A DNA stretch of 64,000 nt from contig JACPCU010000021.1 in NCBI GenBank assembly GCA_016184315.1, positions 10,050-74,049 on the forward strand, written 5' to 3'. Shown in pieces: positions 52,114 through 60,187 of this stretch. The first letter of the stretch is position 1, and each line of letters opens with the position of its first letter. Source of the stretch: Nitrososphaerota archaeon. Its GTDB lineage: Archaea; Thermoproteota; Nitrososphaeria; Nitrososphaerales; JACQRY01. Below the pieces are notes generated by a model. It did not search any database, was not told the DNA's origin, and worked only from the letters and a program-made list of their open reading frames with translations. The position numbers were made by a program, and so were the translations under genes.

Positions 52114-52583
52114 TTTGTCGCTTTGACAGCCTTAGTGACTTCTTCGTACGGAGGCTCTTTTCCTGGGTCGTCGGAGACCCATCTGTAGCGCACTGTTCCT
52201 TGAGCATCTAATACGAAGACTGAACGCTTAGCTGTGTCGTATCCCTGTATGCCAGCGAAGTTCTTCAACACTATTCCATACCTGCTGATTGTCTCACGAT
52301 TATAGTCGCTGAGCAACGGGAAGTTCAGCCCGTTCTTTTCTGCGAAACCCTTGTTTGCGAAGGGGCTGTCAACGCTGATAGCTACGATGTTTGCGCCTAG
52401 CTGACTCAGGTTTTGAAGAGAGTCTCTGAATGTGCACAACTCCTTGGTGCAGACACCGGTGAAAGCACCAGGGAAGAAGGCGACGATCAGCTTCTTTCCT
52501 GACAAATCCTTTAGACTTATAGGCTTCCTCTCCGTATTAAGCAAGGTGAAATCTGGGGCCTTCTGACCAACTTCAACAGACAT
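52110..52583 (-). CDS. Peroxiredoxin (AhpC/TSA-Bcp type)
   Basis: 157 aa. FFPGAFTGVCTKELC peroxidatic-Cys motif. Confidence 0.85.
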   Translation of the reverse strand: MSVEVGQKAPDFTLLNTERKPISLKDLSGKKLIVAFFPGAFTGVCTKELCTFRDSLQNLSQLGANIVAISVDSPFANKGFAEKNGLNFPLLSDYNRETISRYGIVLKNFAGIQGYDTAKRSVFVLDAQGTVRYRWVSDDPGKEPPYEEVTKAVKATN

Positions 52584-52701
52584 GTTTTATCCTCTATCAA
52601 AATCCTTCAAACCAACCCTATTTATCTTATCTGCTTAACATATTTCGCTTATAGGAAAGAAACTCGGCCGGACAAAATCTCTTAAGGAGACCAAGTTAGA
52701 C

Positions 52702-53205
52702 ATGTCTGAAGCGAAGGAATCGTTGACAAACAAGACCGTCAACCACATAGGTAAGAACGTCAAGATAGGCAGGAACGTGAAGATCTGGCATTTCACCTAC
52801 ATCGGCGAAAACACCAGGATAGGACACGACGTGAAGATAGGCTCCTTAGCCCATATCGACTACAACGTGAAGATAGGAGACAACACAAAGATCGAGGCAA
52901 TGGTCTACATTCCTCCTAGAACAGTGATAGGGCGAAACGTCTTCATAGGCCCAGGCGCCATATTCACCAATGACCCTTACCCCCCCAGTAAGAAGATGGT
53001 CGGTGTCACAGTAGAAGACGGGGCAGTGATTTGCGCCGGTGCCCTAGTAAAAGCAGGTGTCACAATAGGCAGGAACAGCGTGGTCGCCATGGGAGCAGTT
53101 GTAGTAAAGGATGTTCCTCCAAATACAGTGGTTATGGGTGTGCCTGCTGTGAAGAAAGGTAACAGAGAAGAATATGACAAAAAGCGATTCAAATGGGAAA
53201 CATAG
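52702..53205 (+). CDS. Left-handed beta-helix (hexapeptide-repeat) acyl/acetyltransferase, WbpD/WbbJ-like
   Basis: 167 aa. Repeated [IV]G.N..I hexapeptides (KIGRNVKIW, RIGHDVKIG, KIGDNTKIE, VIGRNVFIG, TIGRNSVVA). Confidence 0.78.
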   Translation: MSEAKESLTNKTVNHIGKNVKIGRNVKIWHFTYIGENTRIGHDVKIGSLAHIDYNVKIGDNTKIEAMVYIPPRTVIGRNVFIGPGAIFTNDPYPPSKKMVGVTVEDGAVICAGALVKAGVTIGRNSVVAMGAVVVKDVPPNTVVMGVPAVKKGNREEYDKKRFKWET

Positions 53206-53332
53206 TTCAAGCTAAAGTGCAGCTGACTCCGACCAGACTAGGTGCAACACTGTTCTGATCAGGTCAGGCACATAGGTTTACCGTGGTGGACGATTTTTTC
53301 GGGAAGCTTGCTTGCCCACCTACTCGGAACGC

Positions 53333-53518
53333 CTAGTCGTCCCCTCTTTTTCTGAACTCGTCCGGAAACATAATCGGGTTCTATTAGATGATAAGATAGA
53401 ACCTTTCACATAGGGAGCAGAAGAGGACGCCTTCAACTATTCTTTCGCCCACAGCTTCGCACCCATACAGATCTAGCGAATAACACTTGTCGATGGGACA
53501 TGCGAGTATGTCTATGGT
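53333..53518 (-). pseudogene. Trm112-like zinc-ribbon relic: no canonical start and tandem in-frame stops (TAA TAG) before the conserved C-terminal motif
   Basis: Not in the ORF track. Own minus-strand translation: TIDILACPIDKCYSLDLYGCEAVGERIVEGVLFCSLCERFYLII**NPIMFPDEFRKRGDD*. It matches the Trm112/DUF343 pattern LxCPxxKxxL...L.C..C...YPI.dGIP.mLpdE with CPxxxC...CxxC. The stops at 53386-53381 align to the usual D-G. An upstream in-frame TAG leaves no ATG/GTG/TTG start. Confidence 0.5.
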
Positions 53519-54447
53519 CTAATGACGATTTTCTCCTCTGTCTGGGCTGATTTCAGGGCTGCTTCCGCCACTTTTGTGGTTTGAACAGCGTCATACCCCT
53601 CTACTACCGGCTTAGTTCTGCCTTCAACAGAGTCTATGAAGTTCCTGAGCTCCAGCGTCAAAGGCTCCTGTTTCTCAATCCTAGGTATCCTTGTTCCGCT
53701 GGCATCGTCTAGCCGAAGCTCCTGCGAGATGAAGTCGACTGTCGCGGTTCCATTGGTGCAGACCGCGCTGAGCTGCCTGACCCTCTTGGGGGTAACCCAG
53801 TTCGACGCAATGAAAGCCGTCTTCTTACCGCTGAACGAGAGTATCATGGTAGCGAAGTCTTCGTGGTTGCCCATTACTCGGCCTGTTCGGGCGAAGACCT
53901 CCTTAGGCTCCTCCTTGAAGAGCCACCTTGCCGTATCAATGTCATGCACAGAGGTGTCTAGTATTATTCCGACATCCTTGATGTGCGGCGGCCACCGGTT
54001 CTCCCTGTGGAACTCTAGTAGGAGGGTTTGCCCCAATTCACCCTTCTCTAATACCTTGGCTAGCTCTGAAACCGCTGGGTTGAAGCGTTCAATGTATCCT
54101 ACTACAAGATGCACCCTTTTCGACTTGGCGAGACTTACGAGCTTGTCTCCTTCCGAAGAGCTGTATGTCAAGGGTTTCTCGACGAATGCGGCTAGGCCCT
54201 TCTCCATCGCCTTGGAGGCTATCTGATGATGAGTAGATGTGGGTGTGCAGATGACGACGCCGTCGAGCTTCTCTTCAGAGACCATTTGATCCACATTGGA
54301 GTAGCCTTTGGCCTGATACCTCTTGGTGTAGAATGCGAGTTTCTGCTTGTCGATCTCACAGATCGCCGCTAATGCTTCCAGCTCATAGAGGACTCTGAGA
54401 TGATTCTTTCCCCAGCCGCCAGTGCCGATTACACCTATCCTCGCCAT
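53512..54447 (-). CDS. Gfo/Idh/MocA-family NAD(P)-dependent oxidoreductase (WbpB-like sugar-nucleotide dehydrogenase candidate)
   Basis: 311 aa. MARIGVIGTGGWGKNH Rossmann start, EKPL motif (FVEKPLT), C-terminal alpha/beta domain. Confidence 0.8.
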   Translation of the reverse strand: MARIGVIGTGGWGKNHLRVLYELEALAAICEIDKQKLAFYTKRYQAKGYSNVDQMVSEEKLDGVVICTPTSTHHQIASKAMEKGLAAFVEKPLTYSSSEGDKLVSLAKSKRVHLVVGYIERFNPAVSELAKVLEKGELGQTLLLEFHRENRWPPHIKDVGIILDTSVHDIDTARWLFKEEPKEVFARTGRVMGNHEDFATMILSFSGKKTAFIASNWVTPKRVRQLSAVCTNGTATVDFISQELRLDDASGTRIPRIEKQEPLTLELRNFIDSVEGRTKPVVEGYDAVQTTKVAEAALKSAQTEEKIVIRP

Positions 54448-54450
54448 TTA

Positions 54451-55656
54451 CTATGACACTTCCACAAGCTCAACGATCAAGTTGGCTTTCACAATGTAGG
54501 CTGCTTCACTGATGCGCCTCTCCGAAACCGTTTTCCCAATGGCATCTGCGTCTCTCTTTGAACATGTGAGGAAGATATTGCTTCTCCCCTCTTGGAACCG
54601 GCTTGCCTTGACGTGGCTGTCCGAAGCGTACTCCTCTATTCCAGATGCACGCACGTCGCTGGCGAACTCGCTCAGCCTCTCAACTACGCCTTCCCTGCTA
54701 GCCAACCTGTCCCCCCTCATCTCAAATCTATCCGCGCTCCACACTACGTGCAGAGTAGACCGACTGGCCCTCAAAGCCTTCTCCTTCATCAAATCCTTAA
54801 CCCGCCCCACCAGAATCCTAGGATACGCCTCTACGCTCCTCAACACGCCTGTAACAAGGTAGAGCACTGGCTCACCAGTCTTGAAAGACGAGGAAGCAGC
54901 TTTGAGGTCAAAGAGGTATTCGCAGAGCTCATCGATGAAAGTGTTGACAGCTATGCTTCCCTTAGAGTAAGCAGAGCCACCAGTTTGCCCATACATCTTT
55001 GCAAACTCCAGCTCTGCGATCAGACCAGTAGCCTTACCGACAACATGCTTAAAGTGGGCAACTTCAGCTGATGACAGAGAACCCTGAGGTTGCGAGCCCC
55101 AGCTCTTCAAGCCCAGCGCCTTGATCTCTCCTAAACCACTTGGAGTGGAGCCTACTGCAACAGGTGTGCCGCTACCCGGCTGCAGAGGAGCGAAGACATA
55201 CTTGATATCTTGATCTACCGTCAGACCTGATTGCTTCTCTACCAAGAGAATGTTGTCTTGGTTGCCCCCCAGCCTGGTGGGAAGAGAGTAGACGAAAGTA
55301 GAACCTTTCGATATATGTTTAGCCACTTCCCTTAGCTTCACGTTGATGTCACCCATGGCTTCCTCTCCCTGCTTCCTGATTCTAGGGGCGAAGAATACTG
55401 TGCTGGCCTTCGCCACCGCTCTATCCATCGGCTCCAAACCGAGGAGGGTTTCTTCTCCGACTAGGGACGCTAAGGAAGGATGGCTGGAGACGGTTTGAGC
55501 CTTCAGCTCCATGGCCATCTGCAGAGTTTCATCTACAATGGTGGTCCTGATCCCGTTAGATGCCAGAGCTGAAGCTATGGCGTAGCCCTCTGAGCTTAAA
55601 CCGTAGACAGTTGCAGACTTCATTTTCTCCGGCAATCTTATCCTGCTCCTTCGCAC
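54451..55656 (-). CDS. Divergent nucleotide-sugar dehydrogenase-like protein (UDP-Glc/ManNAc dehydrogenase architecture) with degenerate dinucleotide-binding and catalytic motifs
   Basis: 401 aa. Length and layout recall the UGDH family (N-terminal Rossmann-like ATVYGLSSEGYAIASALASNGIRTTIVD, central SSAEVAHFKHVVGKATGLIAELEFAKM, C-terminal domain). I see neither GxGxxG nor the GGxCxxKD catalytic Cys. It is 4 nt upstream of the Gfo/Idh/MocA gene. Weak call. Confidence 0.3.
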   Translation of the reverse strand: MRRSRIRLPEKMKSATVYGLSSEGYAIASALASNGIRTTIVDETLQMAMELKAQTVSSHPSLASLVGEETLLGLEPMDRAVAKASTVFFAPRIRKQGEEAMGDINVKLREVAKHISKGSTFVYSLPTRLGGNQDNILLVEKQSGLTVDQDIKYVFAPLQPGSGTPVAVGSTPSGLGEIKALGLKSWGSQPQGSLSSAEVAHFKHVVGKATGLIAELEFAKMYGQTGGSAYSKGSIAVNTFIDELCEYLFDLKAASSSFKTGEPVLYLVTGVLRSVEAYPRILVGRVKDLMKEKALRASRSTLHVVWSADRFEMRGDRLASREGVVERLSEFASDVRASGIEEYASDSHVKASRFQEGRSNIFLTCSKRDADAIGKTVSERRISEAAYIVKANLIVELVEVS

Positions 55657-55699
55657 ATCTGAATCACAGATCTACAGCGCCAGACTCCTCTTTCTGTAA

Positions 55700-56119
55700 T
55701 CACCGTGTCTTGGAATTATCCCAAGTAATAGTTCTTGTAGGGTGCACCACTATCAGCACCCTAGGCTCGTTCAGCCAGCGCTGCAAATATCTCTGCCTTT
55801 CCTCATCACCCTCAATATATTTCCAGATCGCTTTCTTCATCTGGTCGCGGAGGTTTCTGTCAGTTAACTCAGCTTTTCCTTCAACTATGACGCCTTTGTA
55901 AGGTTTATCGTTGGTGTCAATGCATAACGCCACCCTGTCATCAGCTTTGATGTTACGATACTTCACCCTGTCACTTCTCGTCACCACTGTGAATTTTCTT
56001 CCGTCCCAGTCGTACCAAACCGGTGTTATTTGGGGAGAACCGTTCTTCCTCAAAGTCACTAGGCGCGCCAGCCAATTGTCTTTCAAAAACGAATTCATCT
56101 CCCGCGTGGTCATCGACAA
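55700..56119 (-). CDS. Pyridoxamine 5'-phosphate oxidase (PPOX)-family flavin/F420-binding protein
   Basis: 139 aa. NWLARLVTLRKNGSPQITPVWYDWDGRKFTVVT...GVIVEGKAEL, typical split-barrel PPOX class. Confidence 0.72.
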   Translation of the reverse strand: MSMTTREMNSFLKDNWLARLVTLRKNGSPQITPVWYDWDGRKFTVVTRSDRVKYRNIKADDRVALCIDTNDKPYKGVIVEGKAELTDRNLRDQMKKAIWKYIEGDEERQRYLQRWLNEPRVLIVVHPTRTITWDNSKTR

Positions 56120-56305
56120 TAGCAGCCATCAGCCTCTGATGCGTAGTCATCTCTGAGCTGGCTGCTTATAAGGCCTAAGGGAATAGTTACAGCGTAACTA
56201 TTCCTATTGGTCCCGGCGAAACAAGATCGACCACAATATGTTTTGCAATTATTTGGCTATATAGACATAATCCTTAATTTGATGTGGATTAGCTCAGCTA
56301 ATTCC

Positions 56306-57400
56306 ATGAGTAAAGTTAGGTTCGGCGCAAGAATTCCTACATCTGGTCCTGCAAGCAGCGTGAAGAGGGTCATAGAGTCCTCTCAGGAAGCAGAATCCTT
56401 AGGCTATGACAGTGCTTGGATCATGGATCATATCCACAACTCGTTTGAGAGACACAAGCAGTACCCCGTAGGAATGGGTTCACACAAAGAGCCTAGTAAT
56501 ACGTCGGATCCAAATCAATTCGAAACCATATCTGCCTTCTCCTTTCTAGCAGGGAAAACCAGAAAGCTGAGATTCGGAGTCGGCGTGATGCCGGTTCTGC
56601 TCCGGGACCCTGTTATTCTTGGAAAGGAGATTGCTACAATGGACGCCCTCTCCGGAAGCAGATTCATCTTCGGCGTTGGCGTAAGCAATGTTTCAGACAG
56701 GCCAGAGTTCAAGGCTTTGGGGACGCCGTTCTTGAGTTACGCTGAGAGATACGAGATGCTAGGCGAATACATCGCTGCGATGAAGGCCATCTGGACGAAG
56801 CCTACGGCCTCCTTCCACGGGAAATATGTTAATTTTGACGACCTGTGCATCTACCCGAAGCCTGCTAAGCCCAGGGTGCCTATCTGGGTAGGATGCTATA
56901 CTCTTGCTGGGGGATTAGAGCGGCCAGCAGTGAAGTTCGCTGTTGAACATGCGGACGGGTGGATCTATGGTTTCCTTTTCAGACCTGACACTCTGCGCGC
57001 AATGATCCGTGAATTCAAGGCTACTGCGAAGAAAGCCGGCAGGGATCTATCCAAGTTCGAGTGGTGTTTCCAGCTCCGTATGAGTATGGGCAAGACCGAC
57101 GCAGAGGCAAGGAGGAACTGTGAATGGATACCCAGAGATCAGCCGAAGATGTCGCGTTACGCTGGCTACATGTGGAAGAAGAAGGAGGATTGGAGAAAGG
57201 TCGAAGGAGCAGAAAAGGCGCCTAGGTCGAATATCGAGACTGCTGCTGTTGGGACACCGTCAAAGCTCCTAAAGGAGGTTGAAGCGTTCGTTGATGCTGG
57301 TGCAACCTACTTCGACCTGTGGTTCATGTATCCCCGTTACGAGTCCTTGATGAGCCAGATGAAGCTCTTCGCGAAGGAAGTCATGCCCTTGTTCAACTAG
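56306..57400 (+). CDS. Luciferase-like monooxygenase (LLM) class flavin/F420-dependent oxidoreductase
   Basis: ORF track 56207..57400. The probable start is ATG at 56306 (MSKVRFGARIPTSGP). LGYDSAWIMDH, LRFGVGVMPVLLRDPVILGKEIATMDALSGSRFIFGVG. Confidence 0.8.
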   Translation: MSKVRFGARIPTSGPASSVKRVIESSQEAESLGYDSAWIMDHIHNSFERHKQYPVGMGSHKEPSNTSDPNQFETISAFSFLAGKTRKLRFGVGVMPVLLRDPVILGKEIATMDALSGSRFIFGVGVSNVSDRPEFKALGTPFLSYAERYEMLGEYIAAMKAIWTKPTASFHGKYVNFDDLCIYPKPAKPRVPIWVGCYTLAGGLERPAVKFAVEHADGWIYGFLFRPDTLRAMIREFKATAKKAGRDLSKFEWCFQLRMSMGKTDAEARRNCEWIPRDQPKMSRYAGYMWKKKEDWRKVEGAEKAPRSNIETAAVGTPSKLLKEVEAFVDAGATYFDLWFMYPRYESLMSQMKLFAKEVMPLFN

Positions 57401-57524
57401 TGAACCCTTTAGTCGTTCTTCATTTGACCGACGGAGCACAGCTGCTGTACGTCGCGAAATTCAGAGTGATGCGGATAAATAACACGTTTAGAGTCCTCTA
57501 AGGCGAAATCAGAGGATTGATAGC

Positions 57525-58529
57525 TTGAAGTTTGCATTAGCCTACGACATGATGTCCAAAGTCTCCCCGAACCCTATGTCCCGAGGAGACATTACTCGGC
57601 ATGCCCTTTTGGCGGAGAAACTGGGGTTTGACTCTATTTGGGCAGGTGAAACACATGGCGCAGCTCCTAGACATGGACATCTACCCTCCCCCCTACAGGC
57701 ATTGGCAGCCATCAGCTTCGCAACCAAAAAGCTCAGGTTGGGGACAGGTGTTCTCCTGCTGCCCGTCTACGATCCTCTTAGACTTGCTGAGGATGTTGCG
57801 ACAATAGACTGCCTGTCAAATGGGCGGATGGTGCTGGGAGTTGCCTTAGGATCTAATGTTAACCGGGAGTACTTCAATGTGCCAAAGGATGATCTTGGAG
57901 GCCGCTTCGAGGAAGCCGTTTCCTTAGTCAAGGAGTTTTGGACACGCCCAGAGGTATCTCACGAGGGAACGCATTTCGCTTACCGAAGGGTTGCTGTGAT
58001 ACCGAAGCCTGTTCAGAAGCCTCATCCTCCAGTCCTGATCGGCGGCGGCACTTTGACAGGAGCTGAGAGAGCAGCTAGGCTTGGAGATGGTTGGATAGGT
58101 GCTAGTAACCATGCTTTTGACAGGTTGAACAGTTTTGTGTCGCATTATAGGGGGGCATTGCCGAAGGGCAGGAAGGGGTTTGTGGCATCCAACAGAGTTC
58201 TTTGGGTTGCGAAGACTGATGCTGGAGCGTTGAAGAGTTTCACCCCCCATTTCACTGAGTTCGCTAAATGGTATTCTGATCGGCACGCCCTCAAGGACGC
58301 TAGTGGAAAGGACGTAGATTACGTTAGAGATGTGGAGAGAGCTATGGAGCTCTTCGCTATTGTAGGTTCGTCTGACACTTGCATCGAGACCATTGAGCAG
58401 TATGATAAGCTCGGGGTTGATCAGCTGAACCTGAGGATCAGGCTTTCCGGTGTCAAGAGCAGTGAGTTTGAAAGCATGATTAGACTCTTGTCTGCGAAAG
58501 TGTTCCCATCTTTCGCTAAGAGAGATTAG
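57525..58529 (+). CDS. LLM class flavin/F420-dependent oxidoreductase (paralogue 2)
   Basis: 334 aa. AEKLGFDSIWAGETH, LRLGTGVLLLPVYDPLRLAEDVATIDCLSNGRMVLGVALG. Confidence 0.8.
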   Translation: MKFALAYDMMSKVSPNPMSRGDITRHALLAEKLGFDSIWAGETHGAAPRHGHLPSPLQALAAISFATKKLRLGTGVLLLPVYDPLRLAEDVATIDCLSNGRMVLGVALGSNVNREYFNVPKDDLGGRFEEAVSLVKEFWTRPEVSHEGTHFAYRRVAVIPKPVQKPHPPVLIGGGTLTGAERAARLGDGWIGASNHAFDRLNSFVSHYRGALPKGRKGFVASNRVLWVAKTDAGALKSFTPHFTEFAKWYSDRHALKDASGKDVDYVRDVERAMELFAIVGSSDTCIETIEQYDKLGVDQLNLRIRLSGVKSSEFESMIRLLSAKVFPSFAKRD

Positions 58530-58963
58530 CGTCTGGGCCTGAACTTGAAGATTGAGGCTCCTCCGATGTCTTCGAAGAAGGCTTCAACCTCCATGCCTAT
58601 CTTGACGTCCTCTGGCTTGCACTCCACTACTTGACCGACTACCCTGACGCCGTCGTCGAGGTCTATGAGGGCGAGGGCGTAGGGGATTTCTTTTTCGAAG
58701 GCCATACTGTTCATGACTACGTGCCTTATGATGGAGTAAGAGTAGACTTTGCCTTTCCCACCGCTTTTGATCCATGAGAGATCTATGCTTCCGCATTCTT
58801 CGCAGGCTGCCTTGGGTATCCACTGCTTGTGGCTACAAGCGTTACATTTCTGTATTCTGAGTTCTCCTGCTTTGGTGCCCTCCCAGAAGCCTTGTGAGTA
58901 ATTGGTGATGTAGGGGAGAGGTTTGCGGGCTTCTCCGCCTTCTTTGACTCCGAATCGCGACAT
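58526..58963 (-). CDS. DUF35 OB-fold/zinc-ribbon protein (thiolase-associated)
   Basis: 145 aa. Zn-ribbon CNACSHKQWIPKAACEECGS, then an OB fold. Its start overlaps the thiolase stop by 1 nt. Confidence 0.82.
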   Translation of the reverse strand: MSRFGVKEGGEARKPLPYITNYSQGFWEGTKAGELRIQKCNACSHKQWIPKAACEECGSIDLSWIKSGGKGKVYSYSIIRHVVMNSMAFEKEIPYALALIDLDDGVRVVGQVVECKPEDVKIGMEVEAFFEDIGGASIFKFRPRR

Positions 58964-60156
58964 TAGAGTTCACTCCCTAGGACTGCTACGGAGTTGTACC
59001 CCACGTTTCTACCGTATTGAACGGCCCCTATTCCCGTAACCATGCCGGCCTTGGCGCCTTGGATCTGTCTGCCTTCTCCTTCTCCTCTCAGCTGCCTTAC
59101 TCCTTCCACCAGATTCAAGTTGCCTCCTGCTAAGCCTGGTTGCCCAGCGGATATTTGGCCGCCCCCTGTGTTGAGGGGGATGCTTCCTCGGTACGATAGG
59201 TCTGTCTCTTCGATGAACTTGCCTCCTTTGCCTACTTCGCAGAAGCCTGCAGCCTCTATCTGCATCAGGACAGCTATGGTGAAGTCATCGTAGGGCTGGA
59301 AGAAGTTCATGTCTCTAGGCTCCAAGCCTGCCATGCTTAGGGCTTCCCGGGAGGCTTGGCCTATGCCCATTAGTGTAGCGTCGGAGAGAGCCTTGGAGCC
59401 ATGGTGATAGTTGTTGCATTCCCCGTAGCCCAGCAGATAGACGGGTTTGTCGGTCCACCGTTTGGCTTCCTCAGTTTTGGTGACTATGAATGCTGATCCT
59501 CCGTTGACCCTCATCACTGTGTCTAGGAGGCGTATGGGCTCAGCTATCATTCGGGAGTTCAGGTAGTCCTCCATGGTGAATCTTTCTTTGAAGACGGCGT
59601 CAGGGTTCAGGACTGCGTGTTCCCTCTGCGTTACAGCGATCTTTCCTGTGTGCTCCACTTTGGTTCCGTACTGCTCCATGTGGCGCCTCATGACCAGCGC
59701 GAAGAGGCTTGTCGGACCCATGACTCCAAAGGGTTTCTCAAAGTCCCTCCTGTGCTCAGTGAGCATCATGGTGTCACCATAGGTCATGGGAGCGTCGCCG
59801 ATGACGCATAGAACTCTGTCCACTATGCCTGAGCTGACTGCGAGAGCTGCCTGCGCCAAACCTACGCAGCCGCTGGCTCCTCCGTGAGAAGGGGTTATGA
59901 TCCACTTCGATGTGACTCCGAGCATTTCGGCAACCTCAACTCCCAAGAACAGCGAGTGGTCAACCTCGGGATGCATCACCGCAAGCCCTTGGCCGTCAAG
60001 ATCCTTTGTCGTCATGCCTGCCTTCTTCAACGCGAGGCTAGTCGCCCAAGCGAAATACTCCCAGTAGCTTAGACGCGGCTCACCCTTATCCTTCCTTGCC
60101 CTTGTAACAGGGGTTTCGCCGTAGCTTACTATGGCCGCCTTGCCGCGAAGAGTCAT
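58963..60156 (-). CDS. Thiolase-fold protein (SCP-x/archaeal acetyl-CoA acetyltransferase-like)
   Basis: 397 aa. GGASGCVGLAQAALAV (active-site Cys region), C-terminal NTGGGQISAGQPGLAGG. Paired with DUF35 as in archaeal thiolase complexes. Confidence 0.82.
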   Translation of the reverse strand: MTLRGKAAIVSYGETPVTRARKDKGEPRLSYWEYFAWATSLALKKAGMTTKDLDGQGLAVMHPEVDHSLFLGVEVAEMLGVTSKWIITPSHGGASGCVGLAQAALAVSSGIVDRVLCVIGDAPMTYGDTMMLTEHRRDFEKPFGVMGPTSLFALVMRRHMEQYGTKVEHTGKIAVTQREHAVLNPDAVFKERFTMEDYLNSRMIAEPIRLLDTVMRVNGGSAFIVTKTEEAKRWTDKPVYLLGYGECNNYHHGSKALSDATLMGIGQASREALSMAGLEPRDMNFFQPYDDFTIAVLMQIEAAGFCEVGKGGKFIEETDLSYRGSIPLNTGGGQISAGQPGLAGGNLNLVEGVRQLRGEGEGRQIQGAKAGMVTGIGAVQYGRNVGYNSVAVLGSEL

Positions 60157-60187
60157 GTTGAGGCGTATTGGCGAGGCGAGTTAAAAA

